Shown in pieces: positions 16,057 to 25,140 of a DNA stretch of 32,000 bases. Made by a program: the position numbers and the translations under genes. Below the pieces are notes generated by a model. It saw nothing but the letters and a program-made list of their open reading frames with translations. It was not told the origin of the DNA and searched no databases. The stretch is from contig MGBH01000001.1 in assembly GCA_001790095.1 (NCBI GenBank), forward strand, positions 570,001 to 602,000. Reading direction: 5' to 3'. How positions within the stretch are numbered: the first letter of the stretch is position 1; every line of letters starts with the position of its first letter. The stretch is from Candidatus Saccharimonadota bacterium. Lineage in GTDB: Bacteria; Patescibacteriota; Microgenomatia; UBA1406; GWC2-37-13.

Positions 16057-17055
16057 ATGTCTTCTCCTTTTTGTTCGATTATTGTCCTTAATTACGAAGG
16101 TGAAAAATTCCTCGCCCAGACAATTGATTCGCTCCTTGCCTTAGATTACCCAAAAAATAGGTATGAGATCATCGTCGTCGACAATGCCTCAACCGATAGA
16201 AGTAGAGAAATTATCCATACTTTAGCGCATTCTATCAGCCCTAGTTTAACCTCGCAGGTTAAAAGTGGGCCGTCAGTATACTCTATATCCCTCCAAAAAA
16301 ATGTTGGCTTTGCAGCAGGAAACAATGTGGGTATAAAAGAAGCTAAAGGAAAGTATGTTGCGCTTCTCAATAATGACTGTACGGTTGATAAAGATTGGTT
16401 AAGCGAACTTATATCGGTTATAGAAAAGGATGATCAGACCTTTGCAGTTAACTCAAAGATATACCTTGCCAATACTAATAAAATCCAAAATGCCGGTATC
16501 AAAATATTTAGCAACGGATATGCGCAAGATAGGGGAGCAGTGCCCAAAAATAAAATACAGGATTATGAAGAAGATAAGGACCAATATGATAAAGAGGAGG
16601 AAGTCGATGCGGCATGCGCAGCGGCAGTTTTATATCGAAGATCCATCCTTGACAAGATCGGATTATTTAATGAAGATTTTTTTCTTTACTATGAGGACGT
16701 TGAGATATCGCAAAGAGCAAAAAAGAAGGAATATAAGATCATGTATGCGCCTCATGCTAAAGCTTATCATATACATGCAGTGTCATCTAAGGAATGGTCT
16801 CCATTTTTTATCTATCATAGCGAAAAAGGAAGACTCCTTCATGTACTTCTTCATTTTCCATTTTCAGTTTTTATTAAAGAATTCGCGATTTTTTCAATAA
16901 GAGCAAAGATGCGGTTCTTTATAAGACTTTTTACGAATCCAAAATCTACTCCGAAAAACTGGCAATATCTGAGAGTAAGATGGTATTTTATATTTAATCT
17001 ACCTTTATTACTATTTAAAAAAACAATGTATGAAAAAAACAGCCGTCATTTATGA
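16057..17055 (+). CDS. GT2 family glycosyltransferase
   Basis: I prefer the ATG at 16057 (MSSPFCSIIVLNYEGEKFL...) over the TTG at 15982 in the ORF track. Motifs include YPKNRYEIIVVDNASTD, FAAGNN, LLNND and YYEDVE. Confidence 0.8.
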   Translation: MSSPFCSIIVLNYEGEKFLAQTIDSLLALDYPKNRYEIIVVDNASTDRSREIIHTLAHSISPSLTSQVKSGPSVYSISLQKNVGFAAGNNVGIKEAKGKYVALLNNDCTVDKDWLSELISVIEKDDQTFAVNSKIYLANTNKIQNAGIKIFSNGYAQDRGAVPKNKIQDYEEDKDQYDKEEEVDAACAAAVLYRRSILDKIGLFNEDFFLYYEDVEISQRAKKKEYKIMYAPHAKAYHIHAVSSKEWSPFFIYHSEKGRLLHVLLHFPFSVFIKEFAIFSIRAKMRFFIRLFTNPKSTPKNWQYLRVRWYFIFNLPLLLFKKTMYEKNSRHL

Positions 17056-18223
17056 CAAATGGCTTCACCAGTTTGGAGGAGCTGAATTAGTAGCCTGTAC
17101 CATAGCAGACATACTAAAGAAAGAATGTTGGGATGTGACTTTTATTGGGGGAAAATATATACATCTTCATAAAATTAGGGACAAATTCGGTATTGATCTT
17201 AACAATGTACAGTTTTATGAAGTATGGAATCATGAGAACCATCTAAAAAAAATGGTTGAAGGTAAGGATCTTTTTATCAATCTCTCTTTTATGGACTATA
17301 GCTATGGGTATGCAAAAAAAAATATATATTACACTCATTTTCCAACCCCCCTAAGAAGCACCCTCTTTAATCTCTGTCTTGATTTTTTTCACATCACAGG
17401 ATCACATATCCTTTTCCCCACACATCTTCGCGAACGGATCTATAACCGCATACGTGCCGGAATTTATTTTGATATGAAAAAAAGGCTTGATTCCTATGAC
17501 ACAATCCTTGCAAACTCGCAGTTTACAAAAAAATGGATTAAAAATTATTGGAATAAAGAATCAAAGGTGCTGTATCCACCGGTAACAATAGACTCTAAAA
17601 CCAATACGGTTAATTCGATAACAAACCCCACTTCGCTAAAGCTCCGAGGGGCAAGGCAAAACTGGATCGTTTCTGTCGGCCGGTTCTTTACCCTTGGCCA
17701 TGGAAAAAAACAAGAGGTTATGATTGAAGCCTTTAAAAAACTAATCGCATCGGTTAAAGAAGGTTGGGAATTACATCTAGTCGGTGGGGTAGGGAATGAA
17801 CCTTCATCTCTTCGTTTTGTCGAACATCTGAAAAAGCAGGCAAAAGGGTATCCGATTTTCTTTCACTTTAATATTTCCCATAGTGAAGTACTTGAAATCC
17901 TTAAGAAATCCAAAATATACTGGCATGCGACAGGCCACGATGAAGATGAAAACACAAACCCGCTTGCGTTTGAACATTTCGGGATTGCGGCAGTTGAAGG
18001 AATACTTTCAGGGTGTCATCCGATACTCTATAAGGGAGGAGGCCTCCCCGAGATACTTGGAAAATTTAACCTTCTTGACGATCTCCATACATTTACAGGT
18101 GTGACACAACTCATTAAAAACACTCACATACTTATGAAAAAAGCACCGATACAACATGTTTCAAATCCATTTTCAGATAAGGAGTTCCGCTCTCATTTCC
18201 TTACACTTTGCACAAAGACATAA
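17030..18223 (+). CDS. GT4-type (GT-B) glycosyltransferase
   Basis: 397 aa with the C-terminal EHFGIAAVEGILSGCHPI...GGLPEI motif (E-x7-E region). It has a 26-nt same-strand overlap with the upstream GT2. Confidence 0.7.
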   Translation: MKKTAVIYDKWLHQFGGAELVACTIADILKKECWDVTFIGGKYIHLHKIRDKFGIDLNNVQFYEVWNHENHLKKMVEGKDLFINLSFMDYSYGYAKKNIYYTHFPTPLRSTLFNLCLDFFHITGSHILFPTHLRERIYNRIRAGIYFDMKKRLDSYDTILANSQFTKKWIKNYWNKESKVLYPPVTIDSKTNTVNSITNPTSLKLRGARQNWIVSVGRFFTLGHGKKQEVMIEAFKKLIASVKEGWELHLVGGVGNEPSSLRFVEHLKKQAKGYPIFFHFNISHSEVLEILKKSKIYWHATGHDEDENTNPLAFEHFGIAAVEGILSGCHPILYKGGGLPEILGKFNLLDDLHTFTGVTQLIKNTHILMKKAPIQHVSNPFSDKEFRSHFLTLCTKT

Positions 18224-18229
18224 CCCCTT

Positions 18230-19282
18230 ATGCCACCACCATCAACACAAAAAAGATTGTTAGTGCTTGATGCATGCCGCGGGCTTGCAGCTATATTGGT
18301 TGTGGTATACCACTATATCAGCATATTCAAAGAAAACTTTGGATACAACCTATTGGGTGGTTTTTTTCTTTTTGGCCAATGGGGAGTTGATTTCTTTTTT
18401 CTTCTAAGCGCCTTCATTCTCGCATATCGATATTCACAAAAAAAATTTACTTTCTTAGACGCGCTTCTTTTTCTAAAAAAACGCTTTGTTAGGATATATC
18501 CTCCCTATTGGTTTATTGCTTTAGTTGTATTTGTAATATATTTCTTTCTGTACCCCAACCTTGTTAATCCACTTTTTATTTTTTCCTCAATAACTCTTTA
18601 TCCTTATTGGCCACGCCTTATTACTCCCGCATGGACGATCACTTACGAAGTACTTTTTTATATCCTTTTTGCTACAGGATTGATTATTAGGAAGAAATGG
18701 GTTGTTATTTTTCTAAGTTGTACTGGAATTGGAGCACTCCTATATCACAATATTTTTATACATCAAATCCTACTTGTTGATCTTCCACTGACCAACGGAT
18801 TAACAGACTTTCTAACCAATTATATTATTATCGAATTTTTTATGGGATTGCTGATTTTCCACTTGTATAAAAAAATGCATAATATGAGTATAAATTTTAT
18901 AAGAATATTACTTTATAGTACATTATGCTCACTCATCGTGATTTCTATTATTTATGCACATTATTTTAGGGAACTAAATGATGTAAGAAGACTTTTTTTT
19001 ATTGCTGTTCCTATATCTGGCCTTATCTTAAGTTTTGCACTTCTTGAGTCCAAATCGCGCATCCAAATTCCTCAACCCCTCATGTCTTTAGGCAAAGCAT
19101 CTTATTCAATATTCATCACACATGGGGTAATTCTTTCGGTCCAAGCTAGGCTCATGAAATTGGTTCGCGCTTGGGATAATATTTCACTGCCTATCCTTCT
19201 CATTGGGGGGATCTTTACATCTATCACTTTCGGTATAGGATACTACTACTTTGTGGAGAGAAGGCTTACTAAGACAGTCTGA
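18230..19282 (+). CDS. Acyltransferase family 3 integral membrane protein (second O-acyltransferase)
   Basis: 350 aa. The N-terminal LDACRGLAAILVVVYH motif is typical of Acyl_transf_3. The protein has about 10 TM segments. Confidence 0.75.
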   Translation: MPPPSTQKRLLVLDACRGLAAILVVVYHYISIFKENFGYNLLGGFFLFGQWGVDFFFLLSAFILAYRYSQKKFTFLDALLFLKKRFVRIYPPYWFIALVVFVIYFFLYPNLVNPLFIFSSITLYPYWPRLITPAWTITYEVLFYILFATGLIIRKKWVVIFLSCTGIGALLYHNIFIHQILLVDLPLTNGLTDFLTNYIIIEFFMGLLIFHLYKKMHNMSINFIRILLYSTLCSLIVISIIYAHYFRELNDVRRLFFIAVPISGLILSFALLESKSRIQIPQPLMSLGKASYSIFITHGVILSVQARLMKLVRAWDNISLPILLIGGIFTSITFGIGYYYFVERRLTKTV

Positions 19283-19309
19283 GGAGAACTATTTGTTGCT
19301 TATAGACCA

Positions 19310-19338
19310 TTGACAGATAAATCATGATTGTTTATTAT
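19310..19338 (+). promoter_or_regulatory. Near-consensus sigma70-type promoter TTGACA-17 nt-TATTAT
   Basis: TTGACA is at 19310-19315 and TATTAT at 19333-19338. The ATG of the next gene is at 19346, 7 nt after the -10 box, which implies a leaderless or near-leaderless mRNA. Confidence 0.5.
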
Positions 19339-19345
19339 TCAACAT

Positions 19346-19687
19346 ATGATTACCGACCATGATATCCATAAATTAAAGTCAATTTTTGCCACAAAAGACG
19401 ATCTTAAACTGTTTGCTACAAAAGATGACCTAAAAAAGTTTGCAACAAAAAAAGATTTAGAGCAATTTGCCAAAAAAGATGATTTAAAAGGATTTGCAAC
19501 CCAGGAAAATCTAAAAGGTTTTGTCACCAGAATTGAATTTCATGATGCTATACACGAACTGGTAAACCTGATCACTGATGGATTTAACAGAATGGATCAG
19601 ATGCTTGAATCCATAAAAGACCAAAATGATATACTACATAATCATGAACGAGGACTTGACAAGATTGAGAATAAAGTTTTTGTGTAA
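19346..19687 (+). CDS. Small hypothetical protein with 9-aa tandem repeats (FATKDDLKx) and a C-terminal helical region
   Basis: I prefer the ATG at 19346 over the TTG at 19328. The translation is MITDHDIHKLKSI-[FATKDDLKL][FATKDDLKK][FATKKDLEQ][FAKKDDLKG][FATQENLKG]-FVTRIEFHD...HNHERGLDKIENKVFV. No TM segment or signal peptide is evident. Confidence 0.55.
   Translation: MITDHDIHKLKSIFATKDDLKLFATKDDLKKFATKKDLEQFAKKDDLKGFATQENLKGFVTRIEFHDAIHELVNLITDGFNRMDQMLESIKDQNDILHNHERGLDKIENKVFV
19385..19519 (+). repeat. 5 x 27-nt in-frame tandem repeat
   Basis: The units start at 19385, 19412, 19439, 19466 and 19493. Each begins with tttgc and encodes F-A-(T/K)-(K/Q)-(D/K/E)-(D/N)-L-(K/E)-x. Confidence 0.85.
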
Positions 19688-20460
19688 CCTTCATATTTTT
19701 TAGGGATATTACGTGCAAAACACGTGACAATCACCCAGTTCACGACCTCTTCCGGGATAAAATAGCGGTTAATCAAGCTAAGTTTGTCAATTAAACCAAT
19801 ATCAAGTGTCAATAACTCACCAATTGACACTTTTTTCATCCATTTTCCTGATAGATTCTCTGAAAAGATCCTCCTCAGCACATACGGTTCACCGAAATTA
19901 AACAACGTCTCTCCTCCTTTGCAGAGTATGTGTTTCATAAAATAGAAGTCCGTGCCTACTTTGATATGCGCGTCATAACGAAATCTCCTGTTCCTAAAAA
20001 TAAGTGATGTGTGCCATGCAGTTACTGATTTGCCTGATTGAGTCCTGTATTGATATGCTTCGTACTTTTCATACCAATTTACTATCGCGGTGCCACACCC
20101 GACATACTGAAGGTTTTTCTCAAGGAAATCAACCTGGACTGCAAGTTTGTCAGGATGCCAGATGTCATCATGATCGTTTATTGCAATATATGATCCTTTT
20201 GCTTTTTCAAGTAAAAAGTTGAGCCCCTTGTATGGACCCAGGTTTTTATCCGATGTAATAACTTTTACCCGCTTATCCCTTTGAGTTAACTGTTTGACTA
20301 TAGCAACTGTATCATCAGTTGAAGCGTTATCAAGGATAAGGAGTTCGAGATTCGGATAGGACTGGTTTAAAACAGATAAAATAGTACTCTGGATAAATTT
20401 TGCTGCATTGTAAGAACAAATCAAGACTGAGACAAGAGGTTTGTTTTTTTGGCTATTCAT
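19642..20460 (-). CDS. GT2 family glycosyltransferase
   Basis: 272 aa with VSVLICSYNAAKFIQSTILSVLNQSYPNLELLILDNASTDDT and INDHDDIW (DxD region). Its 3' end overlaps the convergent gene 19346-19687 by 46 nt. Confidence 0.8.
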   Translation of the reverse strand: MNSQKNKPLVSVLICSYNAAKFIQSTILSVLNQSYPNLELLILDNASTDDTVAIVKQLTQRDKRVKVITSDKNLGPYKGLNFLLEKAKGSYIAINDHDDIWHPDKLAVQVDFLEKNLQYVGCGTAIVNWYEKYEAYQYRTQSGKSVTAWHTSLIFRNRRFRYDAHIKVGTDFYFMKHILCKGGETLFNFGEPYVLRRIFSENLSGKWMKKVSIGELLTLDIGLIDKLSLINRYFIPEEVVNWVIVTCFARNIPKKYEGYTKTLFSILSSPRS

Positions 20461-20467
20461 AACTATA

Positions 20468-20473
20468 ATTGTA
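20468..20473 (-). promoter_or_regulatory. -10-like TACAAT (minus strand), 7 nt upstream of the ATG at 20460
   Basis: The reverse complement of 20461-20480 reads tgtaaaaTACAATtatagtt followed by ATG. Confidence 0.3.
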
Positions 20474-20480
20474 TTTTACA

Positions 20481-22019
20481 ATGTCAAAAAAACTATTTGT
20501 CATCATTCTTCTTTTGTTTTTCATCTTAACTGCCTCTGGCAATATCGACTCAATCGATGCCACAACACATTTATATCTTGCGAAACAGATAGTGACGCAA
20601 AGTAGAATCGATTTTGGGAAAGACGTGATTGGCTCACAGATGGTAGCTCAAAGCGATCCAAAAACAGGTAATTATTACCCCATATATAACTTCGGTTATG
20701 CGGTGCTACTCATCCCAGCAGTACTCTTAAGTAATTCTATACGGACTCTTTTACACACCTCCCCCTCTCTTTTCCCTCAACAACCAGACTGGATAATGAC
20801 CGCCTATCTTAACCTTTTTAATGGAGTTGTCCTCATTTTGATTGGATATATGATCAGGCGTTTTGTATACCAACTAGTTCGTGATCGATCAGAAAAGATA
20901 AACATATTTATGCTTGTTGGAATATTTGCATCCAATCTTATTATCCAGGGACATCAACAGTTTGCTCATCTTTTATTCTCTCTTTTTGTTCTTCTAGCGC
21001 TTGATCAATTAACTCAATATGCACACCACAATCGTGCAATAAACATAATCCTATTTTCTCTTGCATTTGCAGCAGTAGCTGCTTCTTATAACACAACGTT
21101 TATCTTTCTTATACCCGCCCTTTTGATTTATTATGTATTTGCATCTGAAAAAAAGCAAAGAAATGTCTATCAGACGCTCAAGTTGGGATTGTCCTTTTTA
21201 CCAGCCATTGCAGTTCAAGGGATATGGAATTACCTGAGATATGGCAACCCACTCCTCACCGGCTATCTTCAACGGGCAGAAGCGATTTATGTATTTAATA
21301 TAGGAGAGATGATAAAGCACCTCTATGGTATGACTATTGGCCCTAATAAAGGACTTCTTATTTATAGCCCTATCCTTTTTTTCTCATATCTTTACTGTCT
21401 AAAGAATATGAAGACAAAGAATAAGTCTGTTCGAAGCCTCATCGTTTTCTTTCTTACATTAACAGTGAGTTATTTACTTGGATATTCACCAGTTACATTT
21501 TGGCATGGAGACTCCGCATACGGACCCAGATATCTGACACCGCTGGTCGTAGTAGGGCTTGTTTTTTTTATATTGTTTATGCAGGAAACTAAAACAAAGA
21601 TGGCAAAAATTATTATTACTCTGTTTATCTTTTTTGGGGTCCTTGTCCAGATCCCGGGTCTACTTATTCCTCATTTCACCTATCGTTTTATCTCCAAGCA
21701 AACCTGTGTAGGCTCTGAGCGGTGGTATTATGATTTTCGGTGCGCTCCTTTTCTGGTCGGTTGGGCACAACTTCTCAAACGCGAAACAAAAGAAACACCT
21801 CTTATTTTTAAGGGGGATCAAAGCGATAAAATCGTTACGGATAAATATCCCAATCCTTTGACACCCTTTAAAACTATATATCCTGACCCATTTTTTGATA
21901 GATTTTCATCCCTTAAGACATCTCGCTATAAAGTAAGTGAAGATCTGTTTAATTGCATCTATGCATTTACACTTGATATGTGGTGGATAAAAAAATATTA
22001 TTATGCGAATATTTTTTAG
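20481..22019 (+). CDS. Polytopic membrane protein, probable GT-C fold (ArnT/PMT-like) glycosyltransferase
   Basis: I prefer the ATG at 20481 over the TTG at 20469. The protein is 512 aa with about 12 TM segments. It has a first-loop acidic motif (NIDSIDAT), plus GLLIYSPILFF and YGPRYLTPL motifs that I recall from phospholipid-carrier-dependent glycosyltransferases. Confidence 0.5.
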   Translation: MSKKLFVIILLLFFILTASGNIDSIDATTHLYLAKQIVTQSRIDFGKDVIGSQMVAQSDPKTGNYYPIYNFGYAVLLIPAVLLSNSIRTLLHTSPSLFPQQPDWIMTAYLNLFNGVVLILIGYMIRRFVYQLVRDRSEKINIFMLVGIFASNLIIQGHQQFAHLLFSLFVLLALDQLTQYAHHNRAINIILFSLAFAAVAASYNTTFIFLIPALLIYYVFASEKKQRNVYQTLKLGLSFLPAIAVQGIWNYLRYGNPLLTGYLQRAEAIYVFNIGEMIKHLYGMTIGPNKGLLIYSPILFFSYLYCLKNMKTKNKSVRSLIVFFLTLTVSYLLGYSPVTFWHGDSAYGPRYLTPLVVVGLVFFILFMQETKTKMAKIIITLFIFFGVLVQIPGLLIPHFTYRFISKQTCVGSERWYYDFRCAPFLVGWAQLLKRETKETPLIFKGDQSDKIVTDKYPNPLTPFKTIYPDPFFDRFSSLKTSRYKVSEDLFNCIYAFTLDMWWIKKYYYANIF

Positions 22020-22021
22020 GG

Positions 22022-23797
22022 TTAATGTCCTTTTTCTTTATCAAAGGAGTTGACGACTGGATCGTGAAGAGAGTTGTATTTGTAAAGAGAGGATGTCTCA
22101 TCTTCGGTCAATTTGTCAAAACCACCATTCTGAAGGACTGCACTCATTGAGCTGTTTTGCAAGGGAAAAAGTGCCTGTTTGTTTATCTTTACATATTTAA
22201 ACTGCATCTTTTTCAGGAAAGCAACACTGCTTTCATTAAACTCGTTATTTTCAAAGAATTTTTTGTATTCATTATATTTTTTGGGTTCATATCCTGAAAA
22301 TCCACTAAGGTATTCACACGTATATTCTGTGGAGGTTAAAAGTATATTGGTTGTGTACTCTAGATTGGAGATAGGATTATCTTTTTCCAGTCGGTATACC
22401 AAAGGATACTCAAGGAGCGGACCTGGATCTTTTTCACATTCTTTTTGAACTGTCAAAACCGTTTTTGTCATCCACTGACGACTTGTTGCCTGAATTGGTA
22501 GGGGATACTGTTCAACTAAAAGCAGAATAAATAATAAGATAAGAAAAATATTCATCGTACGATTGGCTTGTTTTTTCATCTGTTCATCAATTTGATTTAG
22601 AAGATATAACGACAAAAGATATATACCAAAATGAAATACAAAATACCATCTAGCAGTAGCCCGTATTGCGGTCATAAATGGAACAAATTTATATATCAGA
22701 TAGTAGGGAAGCGGGGTGACAAGATAAACACCGTTCCAATTTAAGCGGGGTCCTAAAGAAAAAATAAATCCGGTGACGATAAGAGACAGAGACCAAAATA
22801 GAAGAGCCTTTGATCCGTTTTGCTTTGCCACATTTTTATTTTTTTTGAAATAAAAGAATATCCCAATCAGGATAACGACAAGGGGGAATATCCCCGGGAA
22901 AGCGGCTGTTTCACCCCATGTATGGTGGTTTGCTTGAGAAAAGAAATCAAATATTTTGTGTAGCAAAGAGGTGGCTGGTGAAAGAACAAGTGCGTAGTCC
23001 GTTGGATGAGCGGCATAAGTGACCAACTGACCCTGGTCTATGACAGGTTTATATATCTCAAGCATCTGTATATATCCGTAAATCGAATACATCGATATCC
23101 CCAAGAAAACGGCAAATACGATACCTACCTGTTTGAAATATTCATGCAAAGATTTGTGTGTTAATACAGTATCTATAAACTGATATACATACCAAATCAA
23201 AACGATCATCATACCCATGACCCCCAGATAGACGGAGCTTAAAAACTGCAAACCTAAAAAAACACCGGTCAAAACGGTATGAAGGGGTTTGTGCTTCGGG
23301 TGGAATAAGAAATACAAAGATAAAAGAAGCGGCCAGAAAAAAACCATTTGAAAATGAGACATTTGAGACAGCATATAAGGACTAAAGACCATATAAAAAG
23401 ATAGAAGCACTTTAATCCATCTATTTTTGGTAAACCTACCTGAAAGCAAGTAGGTGCAGACATAGATTGCGATGTGATTTATAAGATACATGTTGTTTAT
23501 GACGACGATTATGTTTTTAGCAAATAACGATACGAAGAATGCCAAAAGTGATGGAAAAAACATATGTTCGGTAAAGGATAGGGTGTGGGAAAAAGGATAC
23601 ATGGCGTTGGTGTTGTAGAGATTATCAAAATCCATATTCCAGATATGCCATATGTTGTTCTGCATAACCCACGCAACAAATGGAACGTCGCGCCAATCAT
23701 AAAGATGAGTAGATATGTTGAGGATAATATCCTTCCAATAGTACAGGATGAGGATTACGGGAATAATAAATGCTATTACTTTTTTATTAACACGCAT
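22022..23797 (-). CDS. Large polytopic membrane protein with a C-terminal soluble domain, GT-C-like (YfhO/ArnT-like); function uncertain
   Basis: 591 aa with about 12-13 TM segments followed by about 170 hydrophilic residues. The N-terminal loop is DWRDVPFVAW...NAMYPF..TLSFTEH. The stop is 2 nt from the convergent stop of 20481-22019. Confidence 0.45.
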   Translation of the reverse strand: MRVNKKVIAFIIPVILILYYWKDIILNISTHLYDWRDVPFVAWVMQNNIWHIWNMDFDNLYNTNAMYPFSHTLSFTEHMFFPSLLAFFVSLFAKNIIVVINNMYLINHIAIYVCTYLLSGRFTKNRWIKVLLSFYMVFSPYMLSQMSHFQMVFFWPLLLSLYFLFHPKHKPLHTVLTGVFLGLQFLSSVYLGVMGMMIVLIWYVYQFIDTVLTHKSLHEYFKQVGIVFAVFLGISMYSIYGYIQMLEIYKPVIDQGQLVTYAAHPTDYALVLSPATSLLHKIFDFFSQANHHTWGETAAFPGIFPLVVILIGIFFYFKKNKNVAKQNGSKALLFWSLSLIVTGFIFSLGPRLNWNGVYLVTPLPYYLIYKFVPFMTAIRATARWYFVFHFGIYLLSLYLLNQIDEQMKKQANRTMNIFLILLFILLLVEQYPLPIQATSRQWMTKTVLTVQKECEKDPGPLLEYPLVYRLEKDNPISNLEYTTNILLTSTEYTCEYLSGFSGYEPKKYNEYKKFFENNEFNESSVAFLKKMQFKYVKINKQALFPLQNSSMSAVLQNGGFDKLTEDETSSLYKYNSLHDPVVNSFDKEKGH

Positions 23798-24351
23798 AAG
23801 CTATTTCCGCCAAGTTGAAATGTTTTATACTGAGTGACTACAAACCCGGTATTTTTTGCCAATATCTCAAGATCTTTTTTTCCATAATACTTTTTGTGAT
23901 CCATTACCTCTTCCTTTGAGATTATTCCCAGCTTAAAAGCAAGAAACTCCAAAATAACCTTGCCCCACTTAGTCGGAGTCGTAAGGACGACTTTACCTTG
24001 CGCCTTTAGGATTCTTTTTGACTCTCTCATAAGTTTTGAGGCATGTGGTGGTTCGACGTGCTCTAATACTGCCAATAAAAAGATTGTATCAAATATTTTA
24101 TCAGTAAATGGAAGTCTATCGGTAAAATGATACTTTCTTATCTCACAGTTTGGGGCAATATTTTTTGACTCGCTGTCACGATCAAGGCCAATACCTTTTT
24201 TAATACGGTTTTTTATATGCTTCAATAAATATGCCTGATAACCACAGCCAAAATCAAGTACAGTATCCCCATGCTTTACAAAGGGGAGCACTTTTCCAAG
24301 CCGCATCCAGGATATGAATTTATCAATAATATTAAATTCTTTGGTAGCCAT
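23776..24351 (-). CDS. Class I SAM-dependent methyltransferase
   Basis: 191 aa with motif I (VLDFGCGYQAYL), then DTIFLLAVLEHV and GKVVLTTP. It has a 22-nt same-strand overlap with the downstream membrane protein. Confidence 0.75.
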   Translation of the reverse strand: MATKEFNIIDKFISWMRLGKVLPFVKHGDTVLDFGCGYQAYLLKHIKNRIKKGIGLDRDSESKNIAPNCEIRKYHFTDRLPFTDKIFDTIFLLAVLEHVEPPHASKLMRESKRILKAQGKVVLTTPTKWGKVILEFLAFKLGIISKEEVMDHKKYYGKKDLEILAKNTGFVVTQYKTFQLGGNSLCVLIKK

Positions 24352-24359
24352 ATTTATGT

Positions 24360-25082
24360 TTACGAAAATCTGTGCTTTAATGCAACATACATGCTTTTAA
24401 TAAAATCCGCTGCTTTGATTTTTTTTCCTTCTTCTAGGGTGCGCGGTTTATAGTGAATAGGTATCTCCACAAAAGAAACTCCTTTTTTAGCCAATAATGC
24501 AGTGATTGCCACTTCATAGGCAAATCTCTTTTCTTTAGGTTTTAAAAGTACTCCCTTTAAACTTTTTAAAAAAAGTTTGTAACCGGTGGGTTGATCTGTC
24601 AATTTTAATCCATAAAGCAAGTTTATAAAGTATGTAAGCAATAATCCTCCTAAATAAAATATAAAGTATGAATATCGATTGTGAAAATTTTCGCGTTTCT
24701 TATTGCGACTTCCATATACGATCTGTGCGTTTTCCTTGATAAAAGGAGTGAGAAGTGAGGGATAGTCTTTGGTTGAATATTCTTCATCTGCGTCCTGGAC
24801 CATCAATATATCTCCTTTTGCCCGCTTGAAACCTGTCTTAAGCGCCGCTCCTTTTCCTTCATTGTTCTTTTTGAAAATAGTATAGATAACATAGTTTTGC
24901 TTTATCTTTATACTTGCTACTTTCTTCTTTATACTTTCTACTGTCTTATCCGTTGAGCCATCATCAACTACTATAATCTCTTTTTTTAAGCCAAGAGTGT
25001 CAGCAGAGATTACTTTTGTGATGGTTTGAGTAATAAGTTTCTCTTCGTTATAGACGGGGATGATGATGGAAAGAGTTCGCAT
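24360..25082 (-). CDS. GT2 glycosyltransferase of the polyprenyl-phosphate sugar synthase type (DPM1/ArnC/GtrB-like)
   Basis: 240 aa with LSIIIPVYNEE, IIVVDDGSTDKT and VQDADEEY (DxD), plus a central hydrophobic segment (YFIFYLGGLLLTYFINLLYGL). It is flanked by GT-C-like genes. Confidence 0.65.
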   Translation of the reverse strand: MRTLSIIIPVYNEEKLITQTITKVISADTLGLKKEIIVVDDGSTDKTVESIKKKVASIKIKQNYVIYTIFKKNNEGKGAALKTGFKRAKGDILMVQDADEEYSTKDYPSLLTPFIKENAQIVYGSRNKKRENFHNRYSYFIFYLGGLLLTYFINLLYGLKLTDQPTGYKLFLKSLKGVLLKPKEKRFAYEVAITALLAKKGVSFVEIPIHYKPRTLEEGKKIKAADFIKSMYVALKHRFS

Positions 25083-25088
25083 TGGTTA

Positions 25089-25094
25089 ATTGTA
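25089..25094 (-). promoter_or_regulatory. -10-like TACAAT (minus strand), 6 nt upstream of the ATG at 25082
   Basis: The reverse complement reads gcTACAATtaacca followed by ATG. Confidence 0.3.
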
Positions 25095-25125
25095 GCAGTC
25101 TTTTTTTTCTTTTCAAAGCCTATTG

Positions 25126-25134
25126 TGATAGAAT
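25126..25134 (+). promoter_or_regulatory. Extended -10 TGaTAGAAT, 6 nt upstream of the ATG at 25141
   Basis: The sequence was read directly, and aaaaag separates the hexamer from the ATG. No SD motif is present. Confidence 0.35.
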
Positions 25135-25140
25135 AAAAAG

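Noticed and set aside
16430-16900. A 156-aa Lys/Arg-rich ORF in an alternative frame of the GT2 gene
   Set aside because: It lies in the same region as a well-supported GT2 reading frame. Its basic composition is the usual artefact of frame-shifting an A-rich coding sequence.
19385-19519. 27-nt tandem repeats as a possible CRISPR array or minisatellite
   Set aside because: The units are contiguous with no spacers. They are in frame within an ORF and diverge mostly in ways that keep the FATKDDLK peptide. This is a coding tandem repeat.
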